Positions 19,102 to 27,965 of a DNA stretch of 64,000 bases are shown piece by piece. Position numbers and translations under genes: made by a program. Below the pieces are notes generated by a model that saw only the letters and a program-made list of their open reading frames with translations, was not told the origin of the DNA and did not search any database. The DNA comes from Spirochaetia bacterium (GTDB lineage Bacteria; Spirochaetota; Spirochaetia; SZUA-6; Bin103): positions 256,001 through 320,000 of the forward strand of contig CBDBOV010000002.1 in the NCBI GenBank assembly GCA_965208575.1, read 5' to 3'. Position 1 is the first letter of the stretch; every line of letters begins with the position of its first letter.

Positions 19102-19790
19102 GCCGCGCGGCTCGATTCCTTGTAGCTTATTGCGCTGGTCACTTCTGCGACAGGGCGTTCGTATACCGTGGTGAGTTGCGCTGCCGCTTCGCCGGCGCGC
19201 CAGCGTTAGTAGATTATCGCCGTGGGGGTGCCGGTGCCCGGGATGCGGGGCTGCCCGAACCTGATCTCCGGATCCACTTCCGCCGCGACGACAAATCCGT
19301 TCTTGGGTCAAGGAGCCGGAGGCGGTCAGGGGAGTCTGTCTACCCGCCCCCCGGTCGACCTGCCTCATGCACTGAAACAATCGCGCCTTCATTTCGAGTT
19401 GCCCGGCTCGGTTGATGTTGAGGTACTCGCACGTCTGTTCGACCAACAGGTCCGAACGGTCGGTGAGAAGCTCGCAGTCGTCGAGTGGATGCCGGTTTCC
19501 GCGCTGTCTCGGAGATAGGCGATGGCGCGAAGCACGTTCTTGAGCGGTACGGAGTGAAGCCGGCCAAGCGACGAGAGCACGTACAACTCGACCAGGTTCT
19601 GAACGACAGGCTCGGTGGGCGGGCCGGTACGATCGGCGTTCAGCATCGCTCGCCGGCGGGGTGGTGTAGCGGAGCCCGCGTGTGGAGGAACGCCCCCCAC
19701 GAGACCGGACGCCTGATGGTCCAGGCGGCTTCGGTTGGCGTGTATGCGGGACTCCGCGGAGCGCATGCCGCCGTGGATGTCATCCTACAT
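19098..19790 (-). pseudogene. DUF433 antitoxin (VapB45-like), disrupted
   Basis: PAYTPTEAA..., NLVELYVLSSL, RAGQLEMK and DPEIRFGQPRIPGTGTPTAIIY*RWRAGE across several frames; GTGA overlap with the PIN gene. Confidence 0.7.
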
Positions 19791-19857
19791 GGTGGAACAT
19801 GAGTAAGTGCTGAGCATCTGTCCAGCCACCCCGCCAGTCCCGTCGGCCGGTCTGGTA

Positions 19858-20305
19858 CGGCTGGGCGGCGAGGCCGGGGCGGTCGGGGGATTATGTGGCC
19901 GTCCTGCCGGACGATCGGCTCGGTGAGGATCATCCACGTCTGGCTGACCGACACGACCGTCGACGCGCACGGAATCGGCAACCAGGTTGGCTCCCTCGAA
20001 CAGCGCCGTTGCGGTTGCAGTGCCGGCGTCGTAGCGAATTCGCGCCGACACCGGGGCGCCGGCATACCGCAGCGTGCCGGATGTCGCGGTGGAACTCGGA
20101 GAAGGTCTTGATGCCCTCCTGAATGAGGAAGTTGGGCGAGCACACGTCGACGTGGATCGCCGCGGCGGCCCGCGAACGGGCGCCCCACACGTGCGGGGCG
20201 ATGTGCGCGTAGCGGGTCTCCGCCATGGTTGCGATCTTCCTGGTCTCCGAGATGCCGCCGGTGACCGACAGGTCCATCCGGATTATGGAGGCGGCCTGCT
20301 TCTGC
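19858..20305 (-). pseudogene. Third, more decayed 3' fragment of the enolase-superfamily gene, containing a 148-bp insertion
   Basis: QKQAASIIRMDLSVTGGISETRKIATMAETRYAHIAPHVWG...SPNFLIQEGI matches 55525-56646. Confidence 0.85.
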
Positions 20306-20627
20306 GCCGACGCTGTCGACTCGCAACATCGAGGCCGCCGGCGGGAAGCGGATTCTCCCACGGTTGTCGGTCGGGACCCGTGACCAGCTTGCCACCGTGG
20401 TGCGCCTCACCATCGCCGAGAAGCTTGGCACCACCGTCGTCCTCGACGACGGGCTCGTGCACCGCGACGTATCCCGCATGAGCCGGCTGTACGCCCTCAT
20501 GCGCGAGTGCGCAGTGGAGCTCCCGATTGTCGTGCTCACCTGCCGCCCCGAACGATACGATCCCGCGGACGGACAAACGGTGCACTCGATCAACCTCACC
20601 AAGCACATCAAGCGCAAGTGCTCGTAG
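20304..20627 (+). pseudogene. Duplicated 3' end of the Rad50-like ATPase gene
   Basis: LSVGTRDQLATVVRLTIAEKLGTTVVLDD...LTC aligns with about 10405-10728; both copies end in TAGCACC. Confidence 0.9.
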
Positions 20628-20642
20628 CACCGCAGTCGTCTC

Positions 20643-20848
20643 CATAAGCGTCGTCCCGGTAACGACTCTGTTCCATTCTGTCTTATTCCGGCTCATTGTA
20701 TGGGTAGAACTGCCGTAACCATCGGCCCTGTAAAGATTTGTTCTATTCCGTTCTATTCTGTCTATTACCGGCTCATTGTACGGAGGGTCTAGCGTAAACG
20801 TCCTTCCAGCAAGGATTTGTTTCATTCCGTCTTATTCCAACTCATTGT
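20643..20848 (+). repeat. Array of phased 10-bp direct repeats (consensus about GTYYYATTCY) in three clusters, 70-80 bp period
   Basis: Units start at 20670/20680/20690, 20740/20750/20760/20770 and 20819/20829/20839; each cluster ends in CTCATTGT. Confidence 0.8.
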
Positions 20849-20951
20849 GCCGGCCCGGATTTGGGCATGTGGTCCAACTTGACCGCACACGGCTCTCTCG
20901 TGATGATGCCGCCATGGCCGCAACCCGCCGTCCCGCCGTCGGAGGCGTGAG

Positions 20952-23900
20952 ATGAACGTCTTTGAACTCCGGGACCGGCTCGTCGACGACTATCGAAAAT
21001 ACACGCGCAGCTTCATCAAGATCAGAGATCCGCGGATAGAGGAGTTCGTCGATGGCCACCTCGGTGCGGAGGGTTTCTGGCCGGAGCCGCTGCTGCAACT
21101 GAACCCGGCATTCCATCCGGGCGGCACGATTGACGATCTGGTCGCAGAGGGGATTCTGTCGGATGAGTGCTTGCGGATATTCCGCTACCGCGAGTCCTCT
21201 GAGGACCACCGTGGCGGCCGGCTCCTCCTCCACCGCCACCAGCGCGAAGCGATTCTCAAGGCTCACGAGGGGAAGCATTACGTGCTCACGACGGGCACCG
21301 GCTCGGGCAAGAGCTTGGCGTACATTGTGCCGATCGTGGATCGCGTCCTGCGGTCGGGCTCCGGTCGCGGTGTCCAGGCCATCATCGTCTACCCGATGAA
21401 TGCCCTCGCCAACAGCCAGCACGAGGAGCTTGCCAAGTTCATCGACGCCGCCTATCCGCAAGGCGAGGCACCGGTTCGCTTTGCCCGCTACACGGGGCAG
21501 GAGAGGGGCGAGTCACGCGAGACCCTCCGGAGTTCTCCGCCGGACGTGCTCCTGACCAACTACATGATGCTGGAACTGTTGCTCACCCGCCGCGAGGACC
21601 GCGAGCTTGTGCGAGCGGCACAGGGGCTCCAGTACCTCGTGTTCGACGAACTGCATACCTACCGGGGCCGTCAGGGAGCCGATGTCGCGATGTTGATCCG
21701 CCGATGCCGCCACGCCTTCGGCAACCGTGTAATCTGTGTCGGGACCTCGGCCACCATGGCCAGCGACGGTACTACCGACGATCAGCGCCGTGACGTTGCG
21801 GCGGTGTCGCAGTCGCTGTTCGGGGTGGACTTCACGCCGGAACAGGTTATAGGTGAGACGTTGAAGCGGGCGACTCCCGAGGTCGACTTCGACGACGACG
21901 CGGTACGAGCCCCTCTCCGGGCCGCTGTCGTCGGCGATGAGCACCCGCCGGAGGACTACCAACTGTTTCGGCGCCATCCGCTCACCTCTTGGATTGAATC
22001 TACGTTCGGTGTCCACGAAGAGCCCGAAACTGGCGAACTGTTGCGTCAGACACCGCGGAGGCTTCAGGGCAGCGAACTCGACGGACTCCCGAGCGCGGCG
22101 GCGGAGCTCGCACAACAGACGGGAACCGAACCCGACCAGTGTGCGGAGATCCTGCGACGCTGGCTGCTCATGGGGTCGACACTTCGCGAGGATCAGTCGA
22201 GCCGGTTCCCCATCTTTGCCTTCCGGTTCCACCAGTTCCTGACCCGTGGAGACACGGTGTGGGCATCGCTCGAATCGGAGCGACAACGCCATCTGGAGAT
22301 CTCCAAGAAGGCCGCCAAGCCCGGCGAGCCCGACAAACCCCTGTATCCGCTGGTGTTCTGCCGTCACTGCGGAACCGCCTACTACCGCGTCCGTGTCGAA
22401 GCTGACGAGCAGGGCATGATCGCGCTTCCGCGCGACGATGGCGGTGAACATGGTGACGAATTCGTGCAGGACGGATATCTGTACGTTTCCGATGAGTCGC
22501 CGTGGCCCCGGACCGGGGATCCTGCGGAACTCCAACGGTTGCCCGACATGCTCAAAGAAATGACCGCTCGTCACGGAGAACGGATACGCCCCGAGGCCCG
22601 CAAAGATGTTCCGAAGCCATTGTTCGTCGATTCCACCGGCCGCTTCGTTGCAGAGGGGGGAGGCATACCGGCAGCACTGATCCGAGATCCGTTCCTGTTC
22701 TGCCTGGAGCCATCGTGCGGCGTAACGTACACGCGGAGTCAGCGATCGGAGCGGTTCAAGTTGGCAACCCTCGGCGTGGATAATCGGAGCACTGCCACCA
22801 CCATTCTTGCGATGAGGTCGCTCATCCAATTGCAAACCGACCGGGAGCTCGACACTGAAGCACGCAAGCTGTTGAGCTTTACCGACAACAGGCAGGATGC
22901 CTCCCTCCAGGCCGGCCACTTCAATGACTTCGTGCAGGTCGCGCTACTGCGCTCGGCACTCCACCACGCGTGTGTACAAGGCCCGTCCGCAGGTCTCCGG
23001 CATGGCGACTTGTCGCGTTCCGTCGTCAGTGCAATGGAGTTGCCGTTCGAGGAATACGCTGCTGATCCGGAGGTGCGTGGAACCGCGCGCCATCGCACGC
23101 GCGACGCCCTATCCCGGGTGATAGAGTATCTCGTGTATCGCGACCTTGAACGCGGATGGCGCGTGACGGCGCCCAACCTGGAAGATTGCGGCCTGCTCCG
23201 GTTCGACTACGAGGGGCTTGCCGGCGAAGACGGGCTCCTCGGTGAAACGGAGTTGTGGGAGACGGGATTCGGGAACAACGAGGTTCCGCCGCTGCTCCGC
23301 ATGGCGCCCCGGCACGTGCGCGAAGAATTCGTCCGCACGCTGCTCGATCTGCTGCGTCGGCAGCTTGCCGTAAAGGTCGATGTGCTCGACCCGGGCAAGC
23401 AACATGAATTGGTGGAACAAACGAAATTACGCCTCCAGGAAGGCACAGCCTGGTATCTGGACGACGAGCGGGAGTTGACCAACGCAGTCGTCGCTTGGCC
23501 GCGCTCCAGGAGAAAGCGGGAGCGACACGGATTGTTCGTCTCCTCTTACAGCGCCTACGGACAGTACCTCAGGCGTGAGCTTGCCCCTCACCTGGCGCCG
23601 AACCAGCGAGTCAGTCGTGCGGAAACCGACCAAATCATCCGCTTTCTGCTTCTGGCGCTCAAGCGCTATGGCATCGTGGAGCAGGTCAGAGGCGGGAGCG
23701 GCAACGATGGTCCGGGCTATCAGCTCAACGCCGATGCGCTGCGCTGGTTGCCCGGTGCCGGTAAGGATCGCCCGTTCGACCGCACTCGCCTTGCGGACGA
23801 AGGCGGGTTGCCGCTTGAGGTGAACCGCTACTTCGTGGAGTGCTACCGCAGCTTCGTAGACCTCAAGTGCGTCCTCGAAGCACGCGAGCACACTGCGCAG

Positions 23901-26198
23901 GTCACCACGGAGGACCGGCAGGAACGGGAGCAACGGTTTCGGAGAGGAGCCCTGCCGCTCATGTTTTGTTCGCCGACCATGGAATTGGGCGTCGACATCA
24001 AGCAACTGAACCTCGTCAATCTCCGAAACGTGCCGCCTACTCCGGCAAACTACGCGCAACGCAGCGGCCGCGCCGGCCGGAGCGGCCAGCCGGCGCTGGT
24101 GTTTACCTACTGCGCCGGCCGCAGTCCCCACGATCAATACTTCTACCGCGAGCCCGTCAAGATGGTAGCCGGGACGGTGACGCCGCCCCGTATCGACCTG
24201 CGCAACCGCGACCTGATCCGTTCTCACATCCAGGCCATCTGGATGCAGACTGCGAAGCCCGATCTCGGGAAGACGTTGACGAAGGTCCTTGAATTGGCCC
24301 CGGATAGCGGCCTCCTTCCGCTCCCGGTCGCCGACGCGATCAAGGAGGTTCTACGCGATCCGTACCGGCGAGAGGAAGCGCGGTCGCGAGCAGCTCCGGT
24401 GATTGACGAAATCCGCTCGGAGCTCGCCCAGACGAGTTGGTTCCACGACGATTGGGTGGACGATGTGCTCGGTCAGATCGACCTCAACTTCGATGCTGCG
24501 TGCGAGCGCTGGCGCAATCTCTACCGGGCGGCCCGACGGCAACGCAAGCTGCACCACGACATCATCGGCGATCATTCCAGGCCTGAGGCCGAACGTAACC
24601 ACTCCCGCAGATTGCGTGCACAGGCCGAGGCGCAGATTCGCCTCCTTACGGAAGCCGAGGGAATCTACGAGGGCGACTTCTACTCCTACCGCTACTTTGC
24701 CACCGAGGGATTCCTGCCTGGCTACAACTTTCCGCGGCTGCCGGTCTCCGCGTTTGTGCCCGGGCGGCGTGGGAGCAAGGGACGCGACGAATTCATCTCG
24801 CGGCCACGGTTCCTCGCCGTCTCCGAGTTTGGCCCGCGTGCGTTGATCTATCACGAAGGGGCGCGGTATCGCGTCTACAAGGCCAACCTCGACTTCGGAT
24901 CTGATGCGGCCGAGGACACCCGCGACCTCAGCACCGACACGATGAAACGGTGTCCGAGATGCGGATACGCTCATCTTGAGGCGGGCGCCACCAATCTGAG
25001 CGAGGTTTGCGATCGCTGCGGCGCATACCTCGACGATCGGATCGACGGTCTCGTCCAGATGCAGAATGTGAGCCTCAAGCTGGCGCAGCGTATCACGTGC
25101 GACGAGGAAGAACGGCAACGGTTTGGCTACCGGCTGTACACCGCTTACCGGTTCCCGGAAGTCAATGGTCAACTCGATCACAAGGATGCCGAGGTCTACT
25201 GCGACGACTCCTGCATACTCAAGCTCAGCTACGGCGACGCCACAGATCTCTACCGTATCAACCTGGGATGGGCCAACCAGGATGGCTCGCAACCGCCCGG
25301 CTTCAAGCTGGATCTGGAGCGCGGTTATTGGGCGCGCAACCAGGCAGACACGGGCGACCAGGACGACGCGGCCACCCTGACGCACATGCGGCGGGTAGTT
25401 CCCTACGTGCGGGACACGAAGAATGTCCTTGTCATGAAGTTCGATCAGCCTCGCTCCGGCCCGGAGATGGCCGGCCTGCAGGCAGCCTTCAAGCAGGCAA
25501 TCCAGTTGCACTTCCAGATCGAACCGCGCGAGCTCGCCTGCGAAGCGTTGCCCGACACGCGTGACCGACGGGAGATACTGTTCTACGAGGCCGCCGAGGG
25601 CGGCGCTGGCGTCCTCCGCCAGTTGGCCGAAGATCCGTCCGTGCTGCCGGCGCTCGCACGCCGCGCGTTGGAAATCTGTCACTACTCCCCGGACTCACTG
25701 GAAGATCAGGCTGCCGATTGGTGCGGCAAGGCGTGCTACCAGTGCCTGCTCGACTATGGGAACCAGCCGGACCACAAGGATCTGGATCGGGCGCTGATCC
25801 GCGACCTCCTTGCGGCCTTGGGGCGGTCGGAGTGTCGCCCAGCCGGAGGCACCGGTACGCGCAGCGACCGCTTGAACGAGTTACGAAAACGCTGCGACAG
25901 CAAACTTGAACAGCGCTGGCTCGACTGCGCCGACAGGCTCGACGTTCGTCTTCCCAGTGACGCGCAGTATGACCTCCCGAGCCACTTTACGCGCCCTGAT
26001 TTCTTCTACCGCGACGTCAACGCGGCGATCTACGTCGACGGCCCGCCTCATGATGCCGCACACCAGATCCGGGACGACGACATCACCACCCAGGCACTTA
26101 TCGAATTAGGCTACATCGTCATCCGCTTCCATCACACAGACGACTGGGAAACGATATTCCGCCGGCATCCCGATGTGTTCGGAGCGCCGAGCGTATGA
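20952..26198 (+). CDS. Large SF2 DEAD/DEAH helicase with DUF1998 Zn domain and C-terminal Vsr/DUF559-like nuclease (DrmA+DrmB-like fusion)
   Basis: 1748 aa. TTGTGSGKS, YPMNAL, DELH, SAT, MELGVDI, QRSGRAGR, EAAEGGAG, CGKACYQCL and PDFFY...YVDGPPH. GGAGG RBS. Confidence 0.9.
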   Translation: MNVFELRDRLVDDYRKYTRSFIKIRDPRIEEFVDGHLGAEGFWPEPLLQLNPAFHPGGTIDDLVAEGILSDECLRIFRYRESSEDHRGGRLLLHRHQREAILKAHEGKHYVLTTGTGSGKSLAYIVPIVDRVLRSGSGRGVQAIIVYPMNALANSQHEELAKFIDAAYPQGEAPVRFARYTGQERGESRETLRSSPPDVLLTNYMMLELLLTRREDRELVRAAQGLQYLVFDELHTYRGRQGADVAMLIRRCRHAFGNRVICVGTSATMASDGTTDDQRRDVAAVSQSLFGVDFTPEQVIGETLKRATPEVDFDDDAVRAPLRAAVVGDEHPPEDYQLFRRHPLTSWIESTFGVHEEPETGELLRQTPRRLQGSELDGLPSAAAELAQQTGTEPDQCAEILRRWLLMGSTLREDQSSRFPIFAFRFHQFLTRGDTVWASLESERQRHLEISKKAAKPGEPDKPLYPLVFCRHCGTAYYRVRVEADEQGMIALPRDDGGEHGDEFVQDGYLYVSDESPWPRTGDPAELQRLPDMLKEMTARHGERIRPEARKDVPKPLFVDSTGRFVAEGGGIPAALIRDPFLFCLEPSCGVTYTRSQRSERFKLATLGVDNRSTATTILAMRSLIQLQTDRELDTEARKLLSFTDNRQDASLQAGHFNDFVQVALLRSALHHACVQGPSAGLRHGDLSRSVVSAMELPFEEYAADPEVRGTARHRTRDALSRVIEYLVYRDLERGWRVTAPNLEDCGLLRFDYEGLAGEDGLLGETELWETGFGNNEVPPLLRMAPRHVREEFVRTLLDLLRRQLAVKVDVLDPGKQHELVEQTKLRLQEGTAWYLDDERELTNAVVAWPRSRRKRERHGLFVSSYSAYGQYLRRELAPHLAPNQRVSRAETDQIIRFLLLALKRYGIVEQVRGGSGNDGPGYQLNADALRWLPGAGKDRPFDRTRLADEGGLPLEVNRYFVECYRSFVDLKCVLEAREHTAQVTTEDRQEREQRFRRGALPLMFCSPTMELGVDIKQLNLVNLRNVPPTPANYAQRSGRAGRSGQPALVFTYCAGRSPHDQYFYREPVKMVAGTVTPPRIDLRNRDLIRSHIQAIWMQTAKPDLGKTLTKVLELAPDSGLLPLPVADAIKEVLRDPYRREEARSRAAPVIDEIRSELAQTSWFHDDWVDDVLGQIDLNFDAACERWRNLYRAARRQRKLHHDIIGDHSRPEAERNHSRRLRAQAEAQIRLLTEAEGIYEGDFYSYRYFATEGFLPGYNFPRLPVSAFVPGRRGSKGRDEFISRPRFLAVSEFGPRALIYHEGARYRVYKANLDFGSDAAEDTRDLSTDTMKRCPRCGYAHLEAGATNLSEVCDRCGAYLDDRIDGLVQMQNVSLKLAQRITCDEEERQRFGYRLYTAYRFPEVNGQLDHKDAEVYCDDSCILKLSYGDATDLYRINLGWANQDGSQPPGFKLDLERGYWARNQADTGDQDDAATLTHMRRVVPYVRDTKNVLVMKFDQPRSGPEMAGLQAAFKQAIQLHFQIEPRELACEALPDTRDRREILFYEAAEGGAGVLRQLAEDPSVLPALARRALEICHYSPDSLEDQAADWCGKACYQCLLDYGNQPDHKDLDRALIRDLLAALGRSECRPAGGTGTRSDRLNELRKRCDSKLEQRWLDCADRLDVRLPSDAQYDLPSHFTRPDFFYRDVNAAIYVDGPPHDAAHQIRDDDITTQALIELGYIVIRFHHTDDWETIFRRHPDVFGAPSV

Positions 26199-27597
26199 CA
26201 CTCGCCGACATCGAATCCCTGGTTTCGAACGGCGAGTCCGAGCGCCTCGAATTGAAGGCTTCTACTGGCGAACTGCGTACCGGCGTGAGATCGGTGTGTG
26301 CGATGCTCAACCACCGTGGCGGTACTGTGCTGTTCGGCGTCGATCGAAATGGACGGATAGTCGGTCAGTTGGTGAGCGACCAGACCCTTGAGAGCATGGC
26401 GGCGGAGCTAAGCGCGTTGGAACCTCCAGCCTATCCGTCCGTCAGTCGTGTGCCCGTTCAGGCAGGGCGAGAAGTCTTGGTGATCAGCGTGTCGAGAGGA
26501 CAGAATCAGCCTTACAGTCATCGCGGAAGGGCATGGCGGCGGGTAGCCAACGTCAACCAGGGGATGACTCGTGAGGAGTACAACCGAGTACTTATCGAAC
26601 GGCTGCACAGCGATCGCCGGTGGGAAAACGAACCTGCCTCTGGATGGACGGTAGCTGACCTCGATCAGGAAGAGATCCTTCGCACTCTCGACGAAGCTGT
26701 CCGCCGTGGCCGCGCGGACGATCCGGGGACCCGAGATCCTTCGGAAGTGTTACGTGGGTTGGGCCTGATCCGTGGGAGTGATCTGCTTCGAGCGGCGGTC
26801 GTACTGTTCGGCTCGCCTGACCGCGTCGAGAGAGAGTACACCCAGTGCCTGTTGCGGGTGGCGAAGTTCCGAGGAACGGATCGCACCGAGTTTCTGGACA
26901 ACCGGCAGTTTCGAGGCAACGCCTTTGATCTCCTGAGCCGGGCGGAGCGCTTCTACCGGGACAACCTGCCCATAGCAGGACGTGTCGAGCCGGACCTGTT
27001 CCGACGGGTGGACACCCCGCTCTATCCGCCGGAGGCGCTTCGTGAGGCCCTTGCGAATGCTTTCTGCCACCGGGACTACTCGATCGGCGGCGGTTCGGTG
27101 GCGGTTCGGTGGCGGCGGCGATTTATGACGATCGCCTTGAAGTGACCTCTTCCGGCACGCTCCATTTCGGGCTCACCGCCGAAGCGTTGTTTGAGCCCCA
27201 CGAGTCCCTGCCCTGGAACCCATTGATAGCTCAAGTCTTTTATCGTCGGGGAATTATCGAACAGTGGGGTCGAGGAACCATCAAGATGAGGGAACTCGTC
27301 ACAGACGCCGGACTGCCGGCGCCGGAGATCGAGGATGTGGGCGGATGCGTGACCGTACGCTTCAGAACTGGGACGTACGTGCCTACGCACGTGGAGAGAG
27401 AGGTGACCGATCGCCAGAGGGCCATTCTCACCCTGCTCGCGGGAGTACGCGGCGGTCTCGCCCTACGCGAGATCATCCCAGAACTGGAGAAATCTCCCAC
27501 GCCGCGACAGGTGCAAGATGATCTACGCATCTTGCGAACGCTTGGCTTGGCGATGAGCACAGGTCATGGCCGTGGCGCGAGGTGGAAACGCCAATAG
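26195..27597 (+). pseudogene. AlbA_2/Schlafen-like + HATPase_c_4 + wHTH ('RecG-like' regulator), split by an 11-bp tandem duplication
   Basis: GESERLELKAS...CAMLN..GG.VLFGV, YPPEALREALANAFCHRDY, then IYDDRLEVTSSG...NP.IA...IEQWGRG in another frame. GGCGGTTCGGT is repeated at 27089-27110. Confidence 0.85.
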
Positions 27598-27815
27598 TCC
27601 CATTCGTCGGGGGTGGTTGTCTTATTCCGGCCCATTCTGTCTTATTCTCTGAATATATCCTACTAACTTCATATCTATAAATGAATTAGCGCGCATGTTC
27701 TATTCTGTTCTATTTTCTGTCTTATTCCCTATCGAGTGAAATTGAAAATGGGTTATTATCTTCTACGAAATGATTTACGTCATTTGTCTAATTCCGTTCT
27801 ATTCTGTCTTATTTT
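27597..27815 (+). repeat. Second array of the same 10-bp repeats, three clusters separated by AT-rich imperfect palindromes
   Basis: Units start at 27619/27629/27639, 27697/27707/27719 and 27786/27796/27806. Spacer CTAACTTCAT-ATCTATA-AATGAATTAG at 27663-27689. Confidence 0.8.
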
Positions 27816-27965
27816 AGCGATTCTCACACAAGCGAACAGCTATTTCGTAGTCCTCGCAGCTACACGAGCTATTGCCGAACACCCGCTCCGCTGGTCCCGA
27901 GGTTAGCGTAATCCGAATCGCTACAGGGTGTCAGCGTTACGGGCGGGCGGGCCGATATTTGGAAC

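Noticed and set aside
20664-20848. Possible mini-CRISPR array (about 36-bp repeats with 33-34-bp spacers)
   Set aside because: The repeats are degenerate and built from 10-bp subunits, the 'spacers' resemble each other (CGTAA...CC.GYAA), and there are no cas genes. It is better described as a binding-site array.
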